Below, piece by piece: positions 11,931 through 20,218 of a stretch of 64,000 bases of DNA (position 1 is the first letter of the stretch; each line of letters opens with the position of its first letter). This DNA comes from Bacteroidales bacterium UBA1402 (GTDB lineage: Bacteria > Bacteroidota > Bacteroidia > Bacteroidales > UBA1402), in assembly GCA_002305085.1 (NCBI GenBank), contig DBQE01000018.1, positions 1,552-65,551 on the forward strand. Direction: 5' to 3'. The position numbers and the translations under genes are program-made. The notes under the pieces are model-generated. The model made no database searches and was not told the origin of the DNA. It saw nothing but the letters and a program-made list of their open reading frames with translations.

Positions 11931-12035
11931 ATGAAAGGTTTTGCAGCCATCGATTTCGATCTGAGGCATCATTATGCTTTGGCCGATGCAGAAGCTTGTG
12001 CGGCGATAGAGTTGAGATTATTCAAACCACTTTGA
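11931..12035 (+). pseudogene. Relic of a DnaQ/PolIII-epsilon-like 3'-5' exonuclease (internal deletion, 34 codons left)
   Basis: ORF MKGFAAIDFDLRHHYALADAEACAAIELRLFKPL. It joins an ExoI-like start (FAAIDFE-type) directly to an ExoIII-like end (HhxALxDAEAcAxI). Confidence 0.55.
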
Positions 12036-12078
12036 ATAAATAGACTAAATCACGAAAAATGTTGTTATTGAATATATT

Positions 12079-13752
12079 ATGAAGCTCAGATCACATTTTA
12101 CCGGGCTGATATTATTTGCCTTTTTTTCTATAGCGCTTCAAGCTGCCGTGCCGGCTTTTCCCGGAGCCGAGGGAGCCGGTGCCTATACCACCGGAGGCCG
12201 GGGAGGAAAGATTTACCGGGTTAGCAATTTAAACGATTCCGGCCCGGGTTCTCTTCGCGAAGCCGTGCAGGCCAGAGGTAAACGCATCGTTATTTTTGAT
12301 GTGGCGGGCATCATTGATTTGCAATCGACCCTGAAAATCACAAACGGAGACATTACTATTGCCGGCCAGACAGCCCCCGGCAAAGGAATATGTTTGAGAA
12401 ATTATCCCCTGCAGGTGGCTGCCGACAACGTAATTATCCGCTTTATTCGCAGCCGGATGGGAGAAGAGGCCGGGGTGGAAGGCGATGCTATTTGGGGACG
12501 TTACCGGCAAGACATTATAATCGATCACTGCTCATTCAGCTGGAGCGTGGATGAATGCGCTTCTTTTTATGGAAACAAAAATATGACCATGCAATGGTGT
12601 ACCATTTGCGAAAGTCTTAATCTGTCGGTGCATGTAAAAGAAAGGCACGGTTACGGGGGTATCTGGGGAGGCTCGCCGGCCAGTTTCCATCACAATCTGA
12701 TAGTGCACCACACCAGCCGTACGCCCAGGCTCAGCGGAGGCGATCCCGCTACCGAAATGGTGGATGTGCGCAATAACGTCTTTTACAACTGGGGCCCCAC
12801 CAACGGAGGCTACGGAGGAACAGGCGGCAGCTACAATTTTGTGGGTAATTACTATAAACCCGGCCCCAGCACGGCGGTCAAGGATTTTCTCTGTAATCGT
12901 ATAATGTACACCGGGCCTTCGGAAAACCCGGATTCAGCGGGGAATTATATTTGGGGCATTTTCCATTTTGACGATAATTATTTCGACGACAGCTGTCCCG
13001 ATCTCAGCGAAACAGCCATTAATAATTGTTCGAGGGTGAATGCCAATAATTACGTTGGTTTACATCTTTCTACCAGCGCCAATCTACCCGGAGGGACTAA
13101 ATACGGCATACAGTCGTCCACTCCCTTTTCCTGTTTGCCCGTGAGCACCCATCAGCCCCAGGATGCCTACGACAAGGTGCTGGAATTGGCCGGAGCCAGT
13201 CTGAAGCGTGATAAGCAAGATCAGCGCTATGTAGCCGAATTGATCGACGGCATCTATACCTACGAAGGCAGCAGGGGCAGCACCAACGGCATTATAGATT
13301 CACAAAACGATGTGGGTGGCTGGGATACCTATACCGGAAGGAACACCGAAGGCGATTCCGACGGCGACGGCATGCCCGACAACTGGGAAGACATCCACAG
13401 TCTGGATCCTGCCGATCCTTCGGATGGTCCGGCTTACACTTTGTCGCAACAGTACACCAATGTAGAAATGTATTTAAACAGTCTGGTTGCTTCTATTATG
13501 GAAGCCGGCCTCGAGGGAGCCGAGTCGAATCTACGATCGGTTGATAAGCCCGATGACACCCCTTCCTACTTATGGACCGAAGCCGGTCTGTTGGTTCCCG
13601 GGGCTGTCAGCCTGGAACTTTATACGATGGGTGGCCTGCTGCTCGCCAAGGCGCAGGGAAGTTTACTGGAAATCTCTCCCACACCCGGCTTTTTCCTCTT
13701 AAGGGTTAAAGATGCTGCTTTCCGGGAGCATAGCATCAGTCTGGTAAAATGA
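12079..13752 (+). CDS. Pectate lyase (PL1-like) with thrombospondin-type-3-like Ca-binding linker and T9SS C-terminal sorting domain
   Basis: 557 aa. Signal peptide, AFPGAEGAGAYTTGGRGG, IIDHCSFSW, RTPRL...VRNNVFYNW (PL1 R-x-P-x-x-R / NN motifs), DSDGDGMPDNWED. The last ~70 aa are CTD-like. Confidence 0.8.
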   Translation: MKLRSHFTGLILFAFFSIALQAAVPAFPGAEGAGAYTTGGRGGKIYRVSNLNDSGPGSLREAVQARGKRIVIFDVAGIIDLQSTLKITNGDITIAGQTAPGKGICLRNYPLQVAADNVIIRFIRSRMGEEAGVEGDAIWGRYRQDIIIDHCSFSWSVDECASFYGNKNMTMQWCTICESLNLSVHVKERHGYGGIWGGSPASFHHNLIVHHTSRTPRLSGGDPATEMVDVRNNVFYNWGPTNGGYGGTGGSYNFVGNYYKPGPSTAVKDFLCNRIMYTGPSENPDSAGNYIWGIFHFDDNYFDDSCPDLSETAINNCSRVNANNYVGLHLSTSANLPGGTKYGIQSSTPFSCLPVSTHQPQDAYDKVLELAGASLKRDKQDQRYVAELIDGIYTYEGSRGSTNGIIDSQNDVGGWDTYTGRNTEGDSDGDGMPDNWEDIHSLDPADPSDGPAYTLSQQYTNVEMYLNSLVASIMEAGLEGAESNLRSVDKPDDTPSYLWTEAGLLVPGAVSLELYTMGGLLLAKAQGSLLEISPTPGFFLLRVKDAAFREHSISLVK

Positions 13753-13778
13753 AACATAACCAAATTAAATAAATCAGA

Positions 13779-14237
13779 ATGTTACAAAAAGGCGAAAAAG
13801 CTCCCGACTTCAAGGGAGTGAATCAACAAGGCGAAATCATTTCCCTGAGCGATTTCAGGGGGAAAAGAGTGATACTGTACTTTTATCCCAAAGACAACAC
13901 CCCCGGCTGCACGGCCGAAGCGTGCAGCCTTAACGACAGCCGGTCGTATTTTTTGGATAAAGGCTTTGTTATAATCGGAGTCAGTCCCGATTCAGTGGAG
14001 TCGCATCAGCGATTTGCGGCCAAATACGGTCTGTCGTTCAACCTGATTTCCGATCCCGAAAAAGCCATTATTCAGGCATACGGTGCCTGGGGCGAAAAGA
14101 AAAACTACGGCAAAACCTATATGGGCCTCCTGCGTACCACCTTTGTTATTTCGGCCGATGGCATTATAGAAGAAGTTTTCCCCAAGGTCGATACCAAAAA
14201 ACACGCCGAGCAAATCATCAAGGCGTTGGGAATTTAA
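13779..14237 (+). CDS. bcp: Thioredoxin-dependent thiol peroxidase (peroxiredoxin Bcp)
   Basis: 152 aa. YFYPKDNTPGCTAEAC peroxidatic-Cys motif. Confidence 0.9.
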   Translation: MLQKGEKAPDFKGVNQQGEIISLSDFRGKRVILYFYPKDNTPGCTAEACSLNDSRSYFLDKGFVIIGVSPDSVESHQRFAAKYGLSFNLISDPEKAIIQAYGAWGEKKNYGKTYMGLLRTTFVISADGIIEEVFPKVDTKKHAEQIIKALGI

Positions 14238-14240
14238 ATC

Positions 14241-16970
14241 CTATTTCCGCATCCAAACCATCGACTCAGGACTGCGTCGTCCTTCTTGTACGGGCTGGAT
14301 TCTGTTCATCCTGAGATAATTAGGTATAGCCAGCAAGTCTGAGCCGTCGGCCCATTTGCCTTCGATACCGACAATGCCTTTGAACATATCGCTGCGCCAG
14401 ACAGCTTTAAAGGGCTCACTGCCCACGGCTTGGTTGATGTCTTTGTTGTCGGCCCTTTCCACATTGTAAATCATTGGCCCGTAGCGAAGAGCAACCAGCC
14501 CGCTTAGAGCTTCAACCTTTTCGTCGGCCGTGATTTGCTGCACTTCCAGAGGAATTTCCAGGTCTATGCGATCGCCCTTTTTCCAGTCGCGGGCAATGGC
14601 TATATAACCTCTGTCTGCCTTCATTTCCACAGCTTCGCCGTTTACACTGAGTGATTTGAGCGTATTCAGTTCGGGTACCGAAGTATACAGCTCACTGGTT
14701 TTGCGATTGGGTACCCGCACATAAACCGTAAAATGTTTGTCTTCTTTGGGATTGACGATGATAGAAACTGCGCCTTTCCAGGGATAATCGGTTTGCTGAA
14801 CCATTTCAACATCTGTGCCGGCTACCCTTTCTACATTGATGGTGCTGCCTACGTACATATTAACGTAGATACCGTCTTTTCCGGTAACGTAAGTCCAGGT
14901 GGGAATCATCAGCAGGGTGCGGGGGATATTACCCACGCAGCAGGGGCAGACATGCCAGGGATCGCGCGCATTGTAGGCCGTAAGCGGGTTGGTGTAATAA
15001 AAACGCTTGCCTTCGAAATCGATCGAACCCAATAAGGCATTGTACATAGTTTCTTCGTAGAGATCCGCGTATTTGGCGTCGTGATATGCGATGTTCATTT
15101 TGTGCTGGAAAAATATCAGCCCGCAGCTCGAGCAAGATTCGCAATAGGCGTTGTTACGCAGAGAGTAGTTGGGGCCAAAGCCTTCGGAAGTTTCGCCGCT
15201 GCCCACACCGCCGGTAACATAATATTTTCTGTTGACCATATTGTTCCACAAGGACATTACGGCGCTTTGATAATCGATATCGCCGGTTTCGGCGGCTACA
15301 TCCGACATACCCGAGTAGGTGTAGACGGCCCGCACAGCGTGTCCAACGGCTTCGTATTGCTGTTGTACGGGGAGGTGGCTTTGATCGTATTCGCCGCCCT
15401 TATCGCGCATGTCGAGCAGGAATTTGGCCAGGGCAATGTAGCTGTCGCCTTTATTGTTGCCTTCCATGTCGTTAACAAAACGGCCAAAGCGCACCAGGGC
15501 CTGTTCCATTTCCTGATGTCCATCGTACCATTCAATCTGATCGGGACCCGGGCCAATGTTCTTTACCCAACAGTCGGCCAGTTTTTTGGCAGCATCGTAC
15601 AAACGAGTGTCTTTGCCTTCGGTCAGGGTGTAGTGGTTGATAGCGGATTCTATAAAATAGCCGGCCACATAGCCTTCGTGATCGCTCCGGTTACGCGGAG
15701 ACCAGCGGCCGGTCCAGCGGGTGGTGTCGCGCAAAGTGTAGGCTGTGTGCAGGTAGCCGTCGGGTTCCTGAGCCGATAAAATGATGGGAATCCACCTTTC
15801 CAGGGCTTTCTTCATCTTGTTTTGGGCGGCAATGATTTCTTTGTCACCTTGGGGATCTACCATCAGGGCGATGCACATAGATTCCACTGTCTGATGAACC
15901 CAGGCATTGGAAAATACATAACCAAGGTGCCGGCCGTGAGGCTCACCGCGTAAAGCTTTGGCCGCTTCGACAAAGTTGTCAAGCCCGCCCTGTCCCTGAG
16001 TAAGATTGCGGCGTTCGCATTGGTCAATGCACCAGGGAATCCAGTTGGTGATTAATACTTTGGCTCTTTCGCTCCAAAGGGGGCTGTTGATTTTGTAACG
16101 TTTGGTGTAGACCACATCCAAACGTTCTTCCTGAGGAGGATAATGCGCAATGAGTTCCAGGCTTGATCCGGATTTCATTTTTCCCGATTGGGCAGAGAGC
16201 GTCAGAATATATTTGCCGGGTTTATCCACGCTGGCTGTGGTGGTAAGAGCTTTCGGGTCGGCAAAAGATACCTTGCCCGGTCCTTTGGCGCTCCAACGCA
16301 GCTTTTTAATCGGATCGACCGCCTTGATTTCGGCATTCAGGTAGGTATTACCGCCTACCATTACGTCACGGTCTATACCGGCTGTAATCATAGGAGCAAC
16401 AGCCGGAGAATTGAGCGATTTCATTACTCTCCATTCGAGTAAAGTGCTCGGATAGCGAGGCAGAGAGTCCAATTCCAGCCGCAGCGCGGTAGTGGTGACT
16501 TCGTCAAAAACGGTTACATTGAACTGATCGTTCTCCAGTCCGTAACCTTGTGCATTGCTGACGGGTACAAATTGCTGTCCGTCCCAGTAACTGAGCCGGT
16601 GAGCCTGAGGCAATTTGGCCAGTCCTTCGTAATTGAACCAATAAAGTTGCACCTCGTCTATGGTGACCGGGCTGGCCCAACGATATTCCAATTGCTGGCT
16701 CACCAATTGGTTGTAGCGTCTGTATTGGGGCTGATTGGCTTGTTCAACGGCTTGCATCATCCGGTTTCGTTGTTGTTCGCTCAGTTCGTTGGGGATTTCA
16801 CCATCGTTGAGCGGATGCGTTTCTGCACCACCCCTTTGACCTTGAACCTTGGCCAGTACGGCCAGGTTAGCTTTTTCTTTGGGTCTGTCTTTGCAGGAGT
16901 TTATGCCAAAGCTTAAGAACACTGCCAGCAGAGCAGGCAGCCAAATGGAGTTTGTGAAATGTTTTTTCAT
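14241..16970 (-). CDS. GH127-family beta-L-arabinofuranosidase-like lipoprotein with ~270-aa N-terminal discoidin-like plus Ig-like extension
   Basis: 909 aa. Lipobox GINSC. DUF1680/GH127 core with conserved Cys cluster (YCESCSSCG ... WHVCPCCVGNIPR) matching the Zn/Cys active site known for HypBA1. Confidence 0.75.
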   Translation of the reverse strand: MKKHFTNSIWLPALLAVFLSFGINSCKDRPKEKANLAVLAKVQGQRGGAETHPLNDGEIPNELSEQQRNRMMQAVEQANQPQYRRYNQLVSQQLEYRWASPVTIDEVQLYWFNYEGLAKLPQAHRLSYWDGQQFVPVSNAQGYGLENDQFNVTVFDEVTTTALRLELDSLPRYPSTLLEWRVMKSLNSPAVAPMITAGIDRDVMVGGNTYLNAEIKAVDPIKKLRWSAKGPGKVSFADPKALTTTASVDKPGKYILTLSAQSGKMKSGSSLELIAHYPPQEERLDVVYTKRYKINSPLWSERAKVLITNWIPWCIDQCERRNLTQGQGGLDNFVEAAKALRGEPHGRHLGYVFSNAWVHQTVESMCIALMVDPQGDKEIIAAQNKMKKALERWIPIILSAQEPDGYLHTAYTLRDTTRWTGRWSPRNRSDHEGYVAGYFIESAINHYTLTEGKDTRLYDAAKKLADCWVKNIGPGPDQIEWYDGHQEMEQALVRFGRFVNDMEGNNKGDSYIALAKFLLDMRDKGGEYDQSHLPVQQQYEAVGHAVRAVYTYSGMSDVAAETGDIDYQSAVMSLWNNMVNRKYYVTGGVGSGETSEGFGPNYSLRNNAYCESCSSCGLIFFQHKMNIAYHDAKYADLYEETMYNALLGSIDFEGKRFYYTNPLTAYNARDPWHVCPCCVGNIPRTLLMIPTWTYVTGKDGIYVNMYVGSTINVERVAGTDVEMVQQTDYPWKGAVSIIVNPKEDKHFTVYVRVPNRKTSELYTSVPELNTLKSLSVNGEAVEMKADRGYIAIARDWKKGDRIDLEIPLEVQQITADEKVEALSGLVALRYGPMIYNVERADNKDINQAVGSEPFKAVWRSDMFKGIVGIEGKWADGSDLLAIPNYLRMNRIQPVQEGRRSPESMVWMRK

Positions 16971-17209
16971 AATGGTTGTGAATTTTTATGGAGTGATTTA
17001 TTTAAGTCAGAAGAACGCCCGGTATTTTGAAGGCGTTGATAATTAATCATTACGCAAGTTACATGCTTTTATCGAATAAGTTCTGCGTTTTGTATGCAAA
17101 AATTCCTAAAATCTTCTCAAAGTATAACACTATAGTCCAAGTAATAAGGGAGTTTAGTGCAAAAACCGGTTTCTCTACAGAAAATTCAGACGTGACACCC
17201 GGACCAACA

Positions 17210-20089
17210 TCAGGGCTCAACCACAATTGTTCTGAACGTACGGCTTCCGCCGTGTTTGAGCTGTAGAATATAAATACCTGCTGCCAGATGGCTGAGATCG
17301 AGTTCGGCCTTGCTACCCTTTAAGGTGTAAGTAGCCACTTTGTTGCCGTCGAGGCTGTAGAGGTCGATTTGACCGGTTCCCCGGTGATCGCGGCCGCAGT
17401 CGAGGTAAAGGAGGTCACGGGCGGGCAGAGGCCATATTTTCAGTTCGTTTATTTCGCTGCCGGAAATCTCCGGTAGGGCGTCCGGGCCATTTGCCGCCAG
17501 TGCGGCTACTTCATCGGTCGAGAGAGGGTAGCTATAGACCCTAAAGTCGTCCAGTTGTCCTTTGAACAAGACACTCACGTGCTGGCCCCTGCCCAGGTAG
17601 TTGATTATCGGCCGGACATCTGCCGGATTCAGGCTGAATTCGGTCGATTGATCTGCTATTTCTCCGTTTACATAGAGGCAAGCCAGGCTGTCGCTCAGGG
17701 TAACGGCCACATGGCACCATTGATTCTTTGGCAGCGCGGCAGCTTCCAGTCTTTCTTCGCCTCCTTTGTTTCGGATGGCGAAACGCATTTTATTAAAAAC
17801 GCCTATCTTGGGGGTTAGGTAAAAATAGCTGGTTTGATCGTAAAGAAAATCGAAAATACGTTGCCAGCTATCTCCCCCTTGCCAGTTTACCCATAAAGCC
17901 AGGCTGAGCTCCGGGTGGTTGCCCAGAGTGGACGGCAGTTGCACAAAGCCCCGGGTTCCGTCGAGTGTCAGTGCCCGGGAGGCATTGATGCCCTCCACAA
18001 AACTCAGGCCTTCGAGCCCCTCGCCGTGATTCAAATGTGGAGTATTGTCTAAGGTGTTGTCTTCGAAGCTGAGCCATGCAAGCATATCTTTACCGCCACT
18101 TGCCATCGCTGATACTGTATCGGAAAAGGCGGAATGATTCAGCGAACGGTCTACTGCTTTAACAGCGTAATAATAGGTCTTGCCCGCTTCGATGGAATGA
18201 TCCACAAAGGAAGTGCCGTTGATGTTTCTGGCCAAAGTCTGAAACGATCCCTGCAACGAATCGGAGCGATAAATGGTGTAACCGGCCAGGTCTGCGTCCC
18301 CGACGGCAGCCCAATCGAGACGCAAGGAATGAGAATTTGCGGTGGCACTTATTTCTGCGGGGGCGGCAGGCGGATTAAATTCAATGGCTGCGCCCACCGG
18401 CAGGAAGCGCCATTGCTGGTTGGCTGAGCCGTTTTTGGTGCCCTGTTGAATGTTGGCGGCATTGGCAGTGGAGGCGTTTTGTATTTGCAAACAATGCGAG
18501 CTGTGTCGGCTGCGGATGTAAAACCAGCCGTCGCCGGCGTATTCCAAGTACCATTGCTGGTTGGCACCTTTGGCGTCGTCCCAAACGATGATGTTGCCTC
18601 CGTTATTGAGAGACCAGTTGTAAACATCGAGCGATTTTCCGCTGTGATTGGCAATAATGCTGTGATAGCTGAAATCGCCCCCAATGCGGGGATCCACCGG
18701 AGTTACAAGCCACTGTTGGTAAGCTGCCCCGGTGTAGGTGTTTTGACGCACGTTGCTACCAGCGCTTGTGGAGCCGTTTTCCACCTCCATTACCTTGGCG
18801 CTGTTCCGGTTTACCAGTACATAACGTCCGTTGACGGGTTGAGGTACATCTTCTCCCCAGTTTATGTTGATCACTCTTTCGGCATTGGTTTGACCTTGCT
18901 GATAACCTGTACCTCCCGGGATTTCTATTGTAAAAGTTCGCTGGGGGCCATGCCCGTCGTAAAATACGTCGCGTTCGGAAGAGATAAAACTATAAGAAGT
19001 AGTTGCGGCCTGCCGTTCGGAGCTGCCTACAAAAGCCTGCACTTTGCCCTCGGGAGAACGGTAAACCGTTGCTGCTGTCCAGTTGGGCCTGTGTTCGGCA
19101 TAGGCCAGGCGGCGGCCAAAGCTCGCTTTGACGAATTCTCCTCGGGCCAGTTCGGCGGTGCCCCACCAAATGCCTGTTTGCATGCCGTATTCCACACCGA
19201 CCATAGCTTCCATCACATTATGCAATTCGTCGTTGGTGGCGTGATGTCCGTTGGCGCGCACCGTTCTGAAAAACGAAGCGTAATTATCGAAACTTCCGGC
19301 CAATTGATGGGTGTTTCCTTCGTCGAGACGGCTTTTCAGGGAATTATACCAACTCAGGGCCTGATCTGTGTTCAGGGTATTGCCTCCGCTGATACGAATG
19401 CTGTCGAAGCGGGGATTCTTGCGCAATTCGCCTGCAATGTTGAAAAAATCGGTCAAGCTGCCCTGCCCCCAACCGTAATCCGGTTCGTTAAAGGGAGCAA
19501 TCGATACTATCTGACGTCCTCTTTCCTGTATGCGACGGGCGGTGACATCCATCAGTTGTGCCCAGTTTTGGGCATTGCCGGCATACCAGGGATCAACGCT
19601 GGGGTGATCGCAATTCAAGGCTACCTTGGTATGGCTGCCTGTCAGATTAATAAGATTGAGGCGATTATTGAGATCGGCTACTTGTTGCGACTGCAGATCT
19701 CCGTTCACCAGGGGCATAGTGGGTTGAAAGGAAGCCCTGACCAAATAAATATTTTCGCTGCCCATAAAAGCAACTCCCCGTATAATGTTGTCGCGGCTGG
19801 GCCAGGCGGTGTCGAGCCCCCAGAGTATTGGCGTGTGTTTTCCGCTGTCCGATAAATTGAAAGGAACTATTCTGTCGGCAACAGGTTGCGGATGAATGGG
19901 ATTGGTCGCGGGTAAGGATTCTGCCTCGGCCCGGGTATGGACGGCGGTCCCTTCAAATCGCCGGTCGGTTTGAGTGGTGGAGCCGGTGGCTCTGTGTTGG
20001 AATGTTCCCTGAGCATCAGACACAGGGCATGTAAAAAAAAGTAGGCCCAGGGAAAATATAAGTTTGTGAGAAAATATAAGTTTGTTCAT
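17210..20089 (-). CDS. Multidomain secreted glycoside-hydrolase-like protein: unassigned (beta/alpha)8 GH-A-like domain + beta-sandwich + ricin-B lectin (3x QxW) + Fn3 + LamG + T9SS CTD
   Basis: Start moved to ATG 20089 (MNKLIFSHKLIFSLGLLFFTCPVSDAQG signal). APFNEPDYGW (NEP acid/base-like). QQWLV/QQWYL/QQWRF ricin repeats, Fn3 (YTIYRSD...YYYAVKAVD), LamG (LDDFRVYSYPLSTDEV). CTD ends with IYILQLKHGGSRTFRTIVVEP. Confidence 0.65.
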   Translation of the reverse strand: MNKLIFSHKLIFSLGLLFFTCPVSDAQGTFQHRATGSTTQTDRRFEGTAVHTRAEAESLPATNPIHPQPVADRIVPFNLSDSGKHTPILWGLDTAWPSRDNIIRGVAFMGSENIYLVRASFQPTMPLVNGDLQSQQVADLNNRLNLINLTGSHTKVALNCDHPSVDPWYAGNAQNWAQLMDVTARRIQERGRQIVSIAPFNEPDYGWGQGSLTDFFNIAGELRKNPRFDSIRISGGNTLNTDQALSWYNSLKSRLDEGNTHQLAGSFDNYASFFRTVRANGHHATNDELHNVMEAMVGVEYGMQTGIWWGTAELARGEFVKASFGRRLAYAEHRPNWTAATVYRSPEGKVQAFVGSSERQAATTSYSFISSERDVFYDGHGPQRTFTIEIPGGTGYQQGQTNAERVININWGEDVPQPVNGRYVLVNRNSAKVMEVENGSTSAGSNVRQNTYTGAAYQQWLVTPVDPRIGGDFSYHSIIANHSGKSLDVYNWSLNNGGNIIVWDDAKGANQQWYLEYAGDGWFYIRSRHSSHCLQIQNASTANAANIQQGTKNGSANQQWRFLPVGAAIEFNPPAAPAEISATANSHSLRLDWAAVGDADLAGYTIYRSDSLQGSFQTLARNINGTSFVDHSIEAGKTYYYAVKAVDRSLNHSAFSDTVSAMASGGKDMLAWLSFEDNTLDNTPHLNHGEGLEGLSFVEGINASRALTLDGTRGFVQLPSTLGNHPELSLALWVNWQGGDSWQRIFDFLYDQTSYFYLTPKIGVFNKMRFAIRNKGGEERLEAAALPKNQWCHVAVTLSDSLACLYVNGEIADQSTEFSLNPADVRPIINYLGRGQHVSVLFKGQLDDFRVYSYPLSTDEVAALAANGPDALPEISGSEINELKIWPLPARDLLYLDCGRDHRGTGQIDLYSLDGNKVATYTLKGSKAELDLSHLAAGIYILQLKHGGSRTFRTIVVEP

Positions 20090-20218
20090 GGTTGAAAGAC
20101 TGGCTGATAAAAAATAAGCGCACACTCTTACAAAGATGGAGGCATTATTTTACACCTCAAAATGTTTGATGTTTTTTATGAATAAATTTTGAAATTTATT
20201 ACGACATTTGTCGATACT

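Noticed and set aside
18446-19855. A 469-aa plus-strand ORF antisense to the 971-aa glycosidase-like gene, plus several 60-110-aa ORFs in the same region.
   Set aside because: No domain motifs. It is wholly embedded in a gene with ricin, Fn3, LamG and CTD signatures on the other strand.
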